Assembly (NCBI RefSeq): GCF_963921235.1
Contig: NC_086108.1
Span: forward strand, 26,474,001 to 26,538,000
DNA: 64,000 bases
Reading direction: 5' to 3'
DNA from: Mobula hypostoma
Taxonomy: Eukaryota
Position 1 is the stretch's first letter; every line of letters starts with the position of its first letter. A program made the position numbers and the translations under genes. The notes beneath the pieces were generated by a model. That model was not told the origin of the DNA and ran no database searches. It saw only the letters and a list, made by a program, of their open reading frames with translations. This document shows, piece by piece, positions 39,226-51,109 of this stretch.

Positions 39226-40449
39226 AATGAAAAAGTAACATCAAACCAGAAAAAAATACTTAAATTACAAAAAGTGGTCATGAGTGAATTCTTTAACAGT
39301 ACAACTAGAGGAACCTTGCAGCTTGATTCATATTTGGTTTATAGTATGGGCTAGGTTTGGAAGTTTTAAGCCATGAGCATACCATTCAGTTGGTCTTCAA
39401 GGGAAAACAGATATAGCAGTACAACAAAAAATACTGTGAATGGTAGAGGTACAAAATATTCAGCAGCGCAGGTGGAATCTGCAGAGAGAGGAACACTGAG
39501 CAAGTGGGATTATGCTTGATCCACATTCACCCATCATTGTCACCATTCTTGCAGGGCTCTGAGGCTCCCATCAACCTCAAGGCGTGGATTGACTACATGT
39601 TCCGCAATTTCTGAGTGTGTCTCTGGATGTCACATCCTAAGATCTCTCCTTAACTTCGCCAATATGATTTGGACAGACACTATTGCCAACGTTTCAACTT
39701 AAAATTAATTTGTTTTCACTTTCTTATGGTTCTGACAAAGAAGTATCAACCTGTAAAATTATTCGGTGTTCCCCAGATTCCCCATTGTCCTGTGCATATC
39801 TGTAAGGCTGGATATGATCAATCAGAATCTTGCAGAATTTAACTGGGCCACAAAATTTGGTCAAAACAATCCTCGCCTACAAAACTGCAGAGAAAGCCTT
39901 TGACAGATAGCAAAGCCACTGTCCCCAGCTTTGCCATCTGTCAAAGTTAAGCTTCCCAATGTTGCTGACACATAAAAGGTTTTTAAAACTGAGTGAACAA
40001 TTCATTAAAAGAGAACAAATCTTTACAAAATAAAAAACAACTAAAATGTTTGGTTATATTTAAATATTAAAAGAAATGCACAAATACCTAAAAGCAAAGC
40101 AATATACCTTATACTTACCCTTCGGTCTAACAGTAGCATCTCCATCGAAAGATAAGAACTCAAAAATCGTGCAGCAGATTCCCCACCATACTGGTGCTGT
40201 GGAATCTCATTCAATTTATGCCTCAGAGCCCAAGAGCGGAACACTTGTCAACCAATAAACCAGTTCAGCAAATTCAAGGCTTTGATGTCCATGTACAACA
40301 ATCCCAAGCTTTTTTTCATGTACAATGATATCAGCAAGATCCAGTCCACTAACTCTGTCTCCGCAGATTCCATCTGACTGTTGGATATTTTCAGCATTTT
40401 CTGTAACATGCTATAATAATGGAAAAACATGCTCAGAGAAATTACAATG

Positions 40450-41240
40450 GCATAAGGATGCAAAAGAAAATTGGAGCAGGAGTATGCCATAATGCTCCTC
40501 AAGCCTGCTTTGCTATTAATCTGATCAGCCCTAGGTCTCAACTCCCCCTCTACGGCAGCTCCACATAGTCCTCAATTTCCCTATCTTTCATAAAATGTAT
40601 CTACCTCCACTTTAAATTTTTAAATACCCCCAGTGATACACCTTCCACAATCCTTCAAGGCAGGGAATTTGAGAGACTCACCATCCTCTGTGAGATTCTT
40701 TCAAACAATCAGTTTTGAATGACTATTCCATGCACTTTAAACTCCCCCTGTCTTGGAAATATACTGACCTCTACCCTATTATGCCTCTTTTACCATCTTA
40801 TATATTTCACTAAGACATCCCTCAATTTTTTAAAATTCCAATGAATACACACCTAACTTTTTCATCCAAACAACAGGAATTCTGCAGATCCTGGAAATTC
40901 AAGCAACACACATCAAAGTTGCTGGTGAACGCAGCAGGCCAGGCAGCATCTCTAGGAAGAGGTGCAGTCGACGTTTCAGGCCGAGACCCTTCGTCAGGGT
41001 CTCGGCCTGAAACGTCGACTGCACCGCTTCCTACAGATGCTGCCTGGCCTGCTGCGTTCACCAGCAACTTTGATGTGTGTAACTTTTTCATCCACTTGGG
41101 ATACAGGAACCTTTGCCAATCTGGAATTAGCCTCCTGAATCTTTCCCTGACCTGCTCCCATGTGCAGAGTTATGTCTGATCTGCCCAGCATACAATATAT
41201 TGCTACTCCTTGGTCATATTGTGTAAGGAAAGTACATCTC
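40450..41240 (-). mobile_element. Old CR1 3' fragment hosting the palindromic Penelope mini-element
   Basis: GGAGCAGGAGTATGCCAT...CTCAAGCCTGCT CR1 tail; sequence is continuous across the insert. Confidence 0.65.
40869..41079. mobile_element. Palindromic Penelope-tail mini-element (85-bp arms, 5-nt loop)
   Basis: 40906-40990 is the reverse complement of 40996-41080 (83/85); TSD TAACTTTTTCATCCA at 40854-40868 / 41080-41094. Confidence 0.9.
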
Positions 41241-41391
41241 CCAACTATGGTGTTTCTCAATGTGCAGATCTACTGATTCAACTTCCCACAATGGAAGTTT
41301 TATGTTGAGCATTGCATTATTTGGAGATGATCTGTCCTTTCCATCATGGATTTACTTTATTTACTTTTATGATGTGCTTTTCTGTTGGCAG

Positions 41392-41582
41392 AGAGTTTGG
41401 TCGATGGAAGGTAAATAATTTAGCAGTGGAAAGAAGAGACTTTTTGGGCTCAGATTTGCCTCTAGCTCCAGAGTTCATCAGAAATATCCGCTTGTTAGGA
41501 CGGAGACCAAGTCCACAACAGATAATCGATAATTTGATCAAGAAGTATGGCACACATTTCTTAATATCTGGAACACTTGGAG
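41392..41582 (+). CDS. BRINP3: Internal coding exon of a BRINP-family (BMP/retinoic acid-inducible neural-specific, MACPF domain) gene; BRINP3/BRINP2-like
   Basis: Translates (R)EFGRWKVNNLAVERRDFLGSDLPLAPEFIRNIRLLGRRPSPQQIIDNLIKKYGTHFLISGTLG(G), including the MACPF YGTH...LGG signature. Pyrimidine-rich acceptor ending CAG at 41389-41391 and GTAAAG donor at 41583. 191 bp, phase 2 to phase 1. Family call is firm; paralogue assignment is tentative. Confidence 0.93.
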
Positions 41583-42193
41583 GTAAAGTACACCAATTCT
41601 GATTTCAGAGCATTCGTAATGTTGCAGTTATGAATGAACAGCTGAGTGTGTTGTCTTGTCATCTTTATAGTGAATGCTTTTTGGGGTGGGTGCATTCCAT
41701 TTTGTGCATAATACTTTTGGATATTGTTTTCCTCTTAACTCCCTGACTCATATGGGCCAGGTGAGGAGAAAAGATATGATCGTATTCTAGATGTTGGTAC
41801 CAAGACCTCAGTCCTCAGCTGATTTAGTTGAGAACTCCAGCACTGACTGCCTTTGACAGGAATCAGAGTTGTAAAGGATTTTTATAGATGTCAAATGTAA
41901 CCCAAAACCCATACAATTCAGGGAACTCTTAAACCCCTTACCATCACTCTCAGCCTTAAATACACAAAACGACTTGGCCTCCAGAGCTTTCAGTGGCAAC
42001 AAGTTCCATTGATTCACCAGCTGAACAAATTCCTCCTCATTTCAATTTTAAAGGAATATCCTTTTATTCTGAGGCGCAGCCCTTGGTACCTAGACGTTCT
42101 TACAAATGGAAACATCCTCTCTATGCCAATTTTATTGAGGCCTTTCAGTTTCCATTAGATTTTAGTTTCAAATTAAAGTCAAATGATAATCTC

Positions 42194-43464
42194 TCTGACT
42201 CTCACAGCTATCTGGACTATTCCTCTTCTCACCCTGTCTCTTGCAAAAACGCCATCCCCTTCTCGCAATTCCTCCGTCTCCGCCGCATCTGCTCTCAGGA
42301 TGAGGCTTTTCATTCTAGGATGAGGGAGATGTCTTCCTTTTTTAAAGAAAGGGGCTTCCCTTCCTCCACTATCAACTCTGCTCTTAAACGCATCTCCCCC
42401 ATTTCACGTACATCTGCTCTCACTCCATCCTCCCACCACCCCACTAGGAATAGGGTTCCCCTGGTCCTCACCTACCACCCCACCAGCCTCTGGGTCCAAC
42501 ATATTATTCTCCGTAACTTCCGCCACCTCCAACGGGATCCCACCACTAAGCACATCTTTCCCTCCCCCCCTCTCTCTGCATTCCGCAGGGATCGCTCCCT
42601 ACAGAACTCCCTTGTCCATTCGTCCCCCCCATCCCTCCCCACTGATCTCCCTCCTGGCACTTATCCGTGTAAGCAGAACAAGTGCTACACATGCCCTTAC
42701 ACTTCCTCCCTTACCACCATTCAGGGCCCCAAACAGTCCTTCCAGGTGAGGCATCACTTCACCTGTGAGTCGACTGGGGTGATATACTGCGTCCGGTACT
42801 CCCGATGTGGCCTTTTATATATTGGCGAGACCCGACGCAGACTGGGAGACGGCTTTGCTGAACATCTACGCTCTGTCCGCCAGAGAAAGCAGGATCTCCC
42901 AGTGGCCACACATTTTAATTCCACATCCCATTCCCATTCTGACATGTCTATCCACGGCCTCCTCTACTGTAAAGATGAAGCCACACTCAGGTTGGAGGAA
43001 CAACACCTTACATTCCATCTGGGTAGCCCCCAACCTGATGGCATGAACATCGACTTCTCTAACTTCCGCTAAGGCCCCACCTCCCCCTCGTACCCCATCT
43101 GTTACTCATTTTTATGCACACATTCTTTCTCTCACTCTCCTTTTTCTCCCTCTGTCCCTCTGAGTATACCTCTTGCCCATCCTCTGGGTCAACCCCCCCC
43201 CCCGTCTTTCTTCCCGGACCTCCTGTCCCATGATCCTCTCGTATCCCCTTTTGCCTATCACCTGTCCAGCTCTCGGCTCTATCCCTCCCCCTCCTGTCTT
43301 CTCCTATCATTTTGGATCTCCCCCTCCCCCTCCAACTTTCAAATCCCTTACTCACTCTTCCTTCAGTTAGTCCTGACGAAGGGTCTCGGCCTGAAACGTC
43401 GACTGCACCTCTTCCTACAGATGCTGCTTGGCCTGCTGCGTTCACCAGCAACTTTGATGTATGT
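42194..43464 (+). mobile_element. Young 5'-truncated Penelope-like element (RT thumb + GIY-YIG endonuclease, frame open to 43072)
   Basis: DSHSYLDYSSSHP..SQFLRLRRICS..CxxxxCxxC..VIYC..LLYIGET..AEH..VATHFN; TSD TGATAATCTC at 42184-42193 / 43465-43474. Confidence 0.95.
43369..43404 (+). ncRNA. Minimal type I hammerhead ribozyme (intact), in the intron between the two BRINP exons
   Basis: AGTC CTGACGA A GGGTCTCGGCCT GAAA CGTC^GACT; predicted cleavage after 43400. Confidence 0.8.
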
Positions 43465-44009
43465 TGATAATCTCAAGTGTAAGCTCTCTTAAACACTCTT
43501 TTCCTCACAGCTGCATTAGCTTCCAAGATTATGTAGAACTTTTGTAACCATACTTAGAGTGAAGTGTCCTGTTTCCTGGAAGCTCTGGTTAGCACCAATT
43601 TATTTATTATGAAAGTGGTCAAATCGACTGAAATTATAGTAACTTCAAAAAGCTTAATTATTTAATCAAAGACATCATTAGACTGGAAAGAATGCAAAGA
43701 GGATTAACAAGGACTGAAGGTCTTGAGATTTCGGCAGAGGTTGGGCAGGCTTGGAATTATTGTTGGAACATGGGAGATTTCTCTGAGAAAAGGAATTAAA
43801 AAATAGAGGACATAGGTTTAAAATGAAGGATGAAAGAATTGGTATTGTTGAGGCAATTACAATAGCAGCATTTAAAAGCCATGTGGAAAAGTGCATCAAC
43901 AGGAAGGTTTTGCAGGGATGTCAACATGAATGAATTGGGCTGAAGGGCTTGTTTCCATGCTATATTGCTTAATAGCTATGACGCTTTAATCAACATGCAT
44001 TTGCATCTT

Positions 44010-44310
44010 AGAAATCATGATGTTATACAACATTGAAACAGGCCCTTTGGCCTATCAGATCCGCGTTGATCCTCAAGCACCAATTTACGATAACCCTCCA
44101 CTACCCCCATTTTATTTCCTTCAATTACACCATTTTTTCTTCATATTAGGGTCAACTTATAGTGGAAAATTCACTTGCGTCCTTGAGATATGGGAGAAAA
44201 CTGTCAGAAACCCATGTCATAGGGAGAACATGCAAACAGCTAACAGATAGCAACTGAGATCAGGATTTAACTCAGATCACTGGAACTGTGAAAGAATACC
44301 TCCATCAAAT
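44010..44310 (-). mobile_element. Decayed HE1/V-SINE-like SINE
   Basis: GAAACAGGCCCTTTGGCC tail; GAAACCCATGTCATAGGGAGAACATGCAAAC. Confidence 0.6.
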
Positions 44311-45607
44311 GCATCAGAGTAAAGGTCCTCTATATGCTATTATAATGGCAACTAGCAAATAATCATCCTATTGTAATTGCAGACAGCAATTCTGCAACTG
44401 AGTCAGAGCACTATGCCATTGTACTATTTGTTTCTGAACTTTGTTTGGGATCATTTTAATTCTACAAAAATGGTGAATTTTCATTAAGTGAGAGGCAAAG
44501 ATGTTAAAAGTTTCAAACAGGACCAGAACCACCCACTCCTGATGTTAATAGTCATTGGGCAAAATGTTGGATGGGTCAGCAATTTGCCCTCAAGAAGCAG
44601 GCCAATCATTGGAATCTTTTATTTCATTGTCCTCTAGGAGTGGAAGGTAAAACAAGGAGAGAAGGACTGAATTTTCCAGCTACATGCTGTCTTTGCAGCA
44701 TTTTTTAATGAGCAGGAAAGGTCAGGGGTAATTTCTCCTGAGCCAACAAACTGACTAAGTGAAACAGTGCTCAAAACTCAATCTGATCCATCACTGACAC
44801 CTCCTGAACTTCATTCCCTCCCAAATCAAGTCAGCCCAATAAAAATTAAGTAGCAGCCCTACAGCATTGTTGAGGGGTTGCTACATTTGCCGTGAAGGGA
44901 GAGATCAGATGGTGCTTGTGAGACTTGAGTGAGTGGTTCTGCCCGATGGTGCTATGACTGAGGAGAAAAATGGAAATGGTGATATCAAATTGGGAGATGT
45001 TAAGAATGTTCTATACAGGCTTATCAGAACTGAAAAAGAAAAATTAAAAAAATGATTGGATGTTTGGCTGGATGAATAGAACTAAAATTTTCTGCTAATA
45101 TTTCTGAAATTTGGTAACTAATTCCTCTCATTTTCTGTTTTTTCCAAAGCTCAGCCTATGGTTTCTGGTGTTAAATCTCAGAAGTAACAGAAAGCAAATG
45201 TAGATCTTGTACTTCCAAACAATAGAACCAGCCATGGGAAGAGAAGGTTTTATTTTAGGTTGAACAGAAATTAGACGTTTGAACATTTTAAGAGAATATT
45301 TGTACTCATGAAAATCTGGAGAGAGAAGTGGAGAGGGAGAGGCGTAGAGAGGGAAGGGAAGCAAACAGAAACAGGAGTAGTAGAAGATGAATAGAGGACT
45401 GGCATAGGGAGGATGAGATAAAAAAGGAGAACACTCCCCAATTTTTTACTGATAGAATTATTTTCCTTTTTTGCTTTGGAGCAAATTTAGTTTAGATTCC
45501 AGAGATAAAATGTCAATGTGCTCTACTCTTGTGTATGTAACTCACCCACTTGTCAAGTTGCACTAGTAAGGTACTCGCTAACTGCTAATTATTTTGTTAA
45601 TACACAG

Positions 45608-45786
45608 GGGAAGAATCACTGACTATATTTGTGGACAAACAGAAGTTGAATAAGAACACTGAACTCAATAACAATTCTGCCATCAGTTTGGACACCCTTC
45701 ACCAGTTGGCTGCTTCCTATTTCATTGACCGAGAGACGACGTTACGCAAACTCCATGAAATCCAGATTGCATCTTCAGCGATCAAG
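45608..45786 (+). CDS. BRINP3: Next coding exon of the same BRINP-family gene
   Basis: Acceptor TACACAG ends at 45607; donor GTGAG at 45787. The phase-1 start completes Gly (G|GG) from the previous exon, giving (G)EESLTIFVDKQKLNKNTELNNNSAISLDTLHQLAASYFIDRETTLRKLHEIQIASSAIK, collinear with BRINP proteins. 179 bp. Confidence 0.93.
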
Positions 45787-47239
45787 GTGAGCATTTCTAG
45801 TTTTATCACATGTGTGCAGCATTTTCCCCTTAGCACTCTCACTCTCTTTACAGGTCAGTCTGCTGTCCCCCTTTGAGAGTGGCTTTCCTTGACTGTGTGA
45901 CTTTCCGTCAACCTTTGACCTACACACTGATGAGAACATCTTCTTGTTTGCCATTATTGCCACCTCCTGCATTGAACCAATTATTATCCAACTTCTTGGC
46001 AGTTACAAGATACTCCACACAAAAAAAATCATGGTCTCCTCCACTGAAAAATAAAATAATCACAAATGCTTAAAATCTGAATATAAACACTCTATCATCT
46101 ATGGAAAGAGAATCAGTTGAAGTTTTAGAGCCAGGAGCCATATTTGGACCTGGGAAAAAGGGAAATTAGTAAACTAGTAAATTGGTAAATTTGTTTATTA
46201 TTGTCACTCATACTGAAGTACCATGAAAAGCTCTGTTTAGCATAGCATTTCATACAGATCATTTCATTACATCTTGTCATAGAAGAGACTGTTCAATGCC
46301 TTTAAAACAGTGGGATAGAAGCTGTTCTTGAGCCTAAGGATATGTGCTTGTCTATCTTCTGCCTAAATTGGTCTAGGTAGAAGAGAAAGTGGAGAGTTTG
46401 GGTCAATGTGGAGGGATAGAACTCATAACAGGTTGAGACTGGAAGATCTACAGGAAGTGCGGTAATAAGGGACATTTGAAAACAGATTAAGCTTTTATGT
46501 GCTTGCATAATTTGTTTCCAGTACAGGAGACGACAAGCAGAAGGTTCAAAATAGGAATAGGAGGGTGAATTCAAGTGGAAGGCATCTGGAAGCTCTTCTC
46601 CTTCAGACTCTTCCATTCACACCATGGCCCTCCTCAAGAAGACAGTCAACAGTCAAATGCTTTTGTTCCTTCTACCCTCTATACCGCTCATTTCGAATGC
46701 TCCTGAAGTTGCTTGTCACACCAGGCTGTCACATCACCTCTCCACATATTTTTTTTTAAATTCAATGATATCGGTTTTGCTTTTCTTGGAGTTAGTCCCA
46801 GAAAATTTACATTGAATTAAATAAGGATATTTTAGTGCCAAGAGGTCTGAATAAGTGACTAAGGAGCAGATTTAGGTAATTTGTTCCCTCAGACCAGCTT
46901 ATCAGTACTGGATAATGAGTTATCTCATTGCAAATTAACTCTGGTAATCTTTCCCTACATTGGTTTTCAAGAGTATCTCTGTTTTTTGGCCTTGAACTGT
47001 ATTCAAAATGTCTGCTGCCACTGGGCTTTTGAGGAAAATATGTTCAAAGACTCTCCGCTGAAAGAAGATTTTTGTTTCCCTGTGCAAAGCCCTCCCCCCA
47101 GCTCACCACCCTTATTTTCAAACATTGCACCTATTTCTCAATGCTCCCACAGGAACAAGTGTCTGCCATCTTGAGGTCCCTTGGAATCCTCGTGTTCTTT
47201 TTTCTGTTTAATAATACCTGCAGTGATTAGATTAGCTTC

Positions 47240-47790
47240 AATCAGAATCAGAATTAGAATCAAGTTTATTATTATTGACACATGGTGTGAATTTCATTGT
47301 TTTGTGGCAGCTGTACAACGTAATATGTAAAAAATCCTATAAGTTACTAAAATAAATATGTTTAAAAATAAATAGTGTGAAAAGAGAGTAAAATAGTAAG
47401 GTATTGTTCATGGGTTTGTGGACTGTTCAGAAATCTGATAGTGGAGGGGAAAAAGCTTTTTCTAAAATACTGAGTGTGCACCTCCTCCCTGATGGTGGTA
47501 ATGAGAAGATGGCATGTATTAGATGATGAAGCTCCTTCAAGACTGATGCTGCCTTCTTGAGGAAGCCTTTTGAAAGTATCCTTGATGATGGGGAGGCTGG
47601 TGCCATGGTGGGGTTTTGCTGAGTTGACACGTCTCTGCAGCTTTTTTTCAGTCCCGTGCCTTGGTACTTCCATACCCAGAGGTGGCACAACCAATCAGAA
47701 TGCTCCCCATGGTGCACCTGTAGAAATTTGCTGGAATCGTTGGTGACTTCCCAAACCTCCTCAAACTCTTAATGCAGTTACTGGTGTGCC
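47240..47790 (-). mobile_element. Rex1-type LINE 3' fragment
   Basis: (ATCAGA)n tail; ORF 47427..47717 contains KKAASVLKELHH..FSLPPSGRR. Confidence 0.75.
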
Positions 47791-48669
47791 TTTTATAAAA
47801 TAGTGGCTTCATTCCAATGGACTCCAAAAGGATTCAACACGAAAGCTTGATCATTTTGAGAGAATGAACACTTACTTTAATATCAGTAATTGTCCCAGGG
47901 CTTTAGTCACAGGAAACTAGATGTTAACTTACTTTTTACAGCCAACTATAATCAACCAGCTTGTATCAAATTGCTGAACAATGCATCATGCACAGGGATA
48001 ACAGTGTGACACTCCAGTGTCCAAAAGTCCACTTGAAGATTAAAGATTAAAGCACTTACTGTTCAGTAAGCAGAGGTCCTGGGTCTAATCAGTCTATATA
48101 TTCAGGGCATGAACAAGGTTAAAACTGAATGAACACCTTGCTCTCTGAAATCTGGCGACACTTGCTGACCACCACTTGAACTCAACAGCTGACCATTTAA
48201 AGCAGATCAGTACATTTAAATATGGCTTTGGTGAAATTTTGTAGAACTGGAATCAATCTGAATTAATCAGAAGATCTGTTCAGCAGAAAACCAATAAAGC
48301 GTCTCATCATTGACTTGACAGAATAACAGACATTGAATTGATGCTCCATTCATGAAGTTGGCATTTGTGCAGATCTGATTTTGTAGTTGGTTAATTTTCC
48401 TTCTATCTAGCCACAATTATAAGTCTAAGGGTTGGTTTAAGGTTGGTTAGCTAATCAAGTAATCTTCAGGAAAGGAAATGTATCTCTCAAACATCACCAC
48501 TAAATTTTGTAAAGAGAGCACAGAGTTTTAATTTACCTCAAAGCATAACCTGAGTTATTGCAATCCTGTGCTGAACCACCCACTGTGTATCAATAACTAC
48601 AGTGACCATACCTGGCTTGGATCCAATTAAGAAACTGTTTTATAGGTCAAAAATGGTGGGGGACTTGAT

Positions 48670-49529
48670 TGTCACAATCTATTCTTTGTAATATGTATAA
48701 ATGATCTGGATGGAACTGTAGGTAGAGCGATTAACAAGTTTGCAGAAGACACAAAACTTGTGGTGCTGTGGATGGCCACGAAGGTTATTATGGCAGAGAT
48801 AAATCAGCTACAAAATTATGTGAGAAATGGCTGATTACTGTGAGGTGAAGCATTTTGGATGTCAAATGCAAGGGGAAAATATACAGTAAATGCAGCACCA
48901 CTGGGTGAATTGACCTATGGATATATCTTGGGAAGCAAATCCTTAACTTTCTAAAAGGGCAACACAAACGGATAGGGTGATAAAGAAGGCATACAGCCTA
49001 CTTGCATTTATTGTTCAAGGCATTAAGAAATTTAGGAAGCAATGTTTTTATTTATTGGGATGCAGTGCTGAATAAGCCTTTCTTGCCCCTCCAGTCATGC
49101 TGTCCAAATAATACCATAGCCTAATCAAGGGACTACTTACAATGACCAAGTAACCTATCAACCGGTACATCTTTAGACTGTGGGAAGAAAATGGAGCACC
49201 TGGAGGAAACCCATGCAGTCACGGGGAGAATGTACAGACTCCTTACAGACAATGGCAGGAAGCTGTATAAAACTTTGTTTAGGCCACATTTGGAATATGA
49301 TTGCACACTATAATAATATTGAAGTGGCTTTGGTAGGGATGCAGATAAGGATCACCAAGATGTTTTCACTGGGTTGTTTTCATGCAGCATCAGAAACTGC
49401 AGGTCAAACTGAAGGAAGTGTTTCAATTTATGAGAGGCAGGGTTAGAATAGATTGTGAGAACTTCTCTCCCACGTGGAAATGTTAAATACTTGAGGGCAT
49501 AAGTTTAAAGTGAGAGAGTGCAAGTTTAA
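48670..49529 (+). mobile_element. Old CR1 RT/3' fragment (continues at 51124-51240), with a SINE at about 49040-49260
   Basis: TTCTTTGTAATATGTATAAATGATCTGGAT..AAGTTTGCAGAAGACACAAAA (FAEDTK), and GAGGGCATAAGTTTAAAGTGAGA split by Penelope copy 2. Confidence 0.7.
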
Positions 49530-51109
49530 GTTCACCCGTATGGGTCCTAGCTATGCCTGCCACCCGTATGGGTCCGAGCTATGCCTGCCTTTTTGTTGGG
49601 TTTGTGGAACAATCTATGTTCCGTGCCTATTCTGGTATCTGTCCCCCACTTTTCCTTCGCTACATCGACGACTGCATTGGCGCTGCTTCCTGCACGCATG
49701 CAGAACTCGTTGACTTTATTAACTTTGCCTCCAACTTTTACCTTGCCCTCAAGTTTACCTGGTCCATTTCCGACACCTCCCTCCCCTCACTAGATCTTTC
49801 TGTCTCTGTCTCTGGAGACAGTTTATCCACTGATGTCTACTATAAGCCTACTGACTCTCACAGCTATCTGGACTATTCCTCTTCTCACCCTGTCTCTTGC
49901 AAAAACGTCATCCCCTTCTCGCAATTCCTCCGTCTCCGCCGCATCTGCTCTCAGGATGAGGCTTTTCATTCTAGGACGAGGGAGATGTCTTCCTTTTTTA
50001 AAGAAAGGGGCTTCCCTTCCTCCACTATCAACTCTGCTCTTAAACGCATCTCCCCCATTTCACGTACATCTGCTCTCACTCCATCCTCCCAGCACTCCAC
50101 TAGGAATAGGGTTCCCCTGGTCCTCACCTACCACCCCACCAGCCTCCGGGTCCAACATATTATTCTCCGTAACTTCTGCCACCTCCAACGGGATCCCACC
50201 ACTAAGCACATCTTTCCCTCCCCCCCCTCTCTGCATTCCGCAGGGATCGCTCCCTACACAACTCCCTTATCCATTCGTCGCCCCCATCCCTCCCCACTGA
50301 TCTCCCTCCTGGCATTTATCCGTGTAAGTGGAACAAGTGCTACACATGCCCTTACACTTCCTCCCTTACCACCATTCAGGGCCCCAAACAGTCCTTCCAG
50401 GTGAGGCAACACTTCACCTGTGAGTCGGCTGGGTGATATACTGCGTCCGGTGCTCCCGATGTGGCCTTTTATATATTGGCGAGACCCGACGCAGACTGGG
50501 AGACGGCTTTGCTGAACATCTACGCTCTGTCCGCCAGAGAAAGCAGGATCTCCCAGTGGCCACATATTTTAATTCCACATCCCATTCCCATTCTGACATG
50601 TCTATCCACGGCCTCCTCTACTGTAAAGATGAAGCCACACTCAGGTTGGAGGAACAACACCTTATATTCCGTCTGGGTAGCCTCCAACCTGATGGCATGA
50701 ACATCGACTTCTCTAACTTCCGCTAAGGCCCCACCTCCCCCTCGTACCCCATTTTTTTATGCACACTTTCTTTCTCTCACTCTCCTTTTTCTCCCTCTGT
50801 CCCTCTGAATATACCTCTTGCCCATCCTCTGGGTCCCCCTCCCACTTGTCTTTCTTCCCGGACCTCCTGTCCCATGATCCTCTCGTATCCCCTTTTGCCT
50901 ATCACCTGTCCAGCTCTCGGCTCTATCCCTCCCCCTCCTGTCTTCTCCTATCATTTTGGATCTCCCCCTCCCCCTTTAACTTTCAAATCCCTTACTCACT
51001 CTTCCTTCAGTTAGTCCTGACGAAGGGTCTCGGCCTGAAACGTCAACTGAACCTCTTCCTACAGATGCTGCTTGGCCTGCTGCGTTCACCAGCAACTTTG
51101 ATGTGTGTT
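49530..51109 (+). mobile_element. Young 5'-truncated Penelope-like element, copy 2 (RT with YIDD + GIY-YIG; two frameshifts)
   Basis: ORFs 49553..50404 (MGPSYA..LFLRYIDDCIG) and 50433..50726. Near-identical to 42194-43464. TSD GAGTGCAAGTTTAA at 49516-49529 / 51110-51123. 28-bp tandem duplication at the 5' junction. Confidence 0.95.
51013..51048 (+). ncRNA. Hammerhead ribozyme copy with one helix I mismatch
   Basis: AGTCCTGACGAAGGGTCTCGGCCTGAAACGTC^AACT. Confidence 0.65.

Noticed and set aside
41312..41391. ORF-track extensions around the BRINP exons (also 41583-41602 and 45787-45876)
   Set aside because: Outside the canonical splice sites and not BRINP-like; intronic.
1..41391. Searched for the upstream BRINP exon (signal peptide ..WLLSDKGPF..RYKIYR) and, after 45787, the next exon (VTETRTGPLGC)
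   Set aside because: Neither was found by eye or in the ORF track. They probably lie outside the window, though a short exon could have been missed.
41993..42193. N-terminal extension making ORF 41993..43072 look like a 359-aa chimeric gene
   Set aside because: It lies outside the TSD in an antisense CR1 relic and has no ATG start; chance read-through into the Penelope frame.
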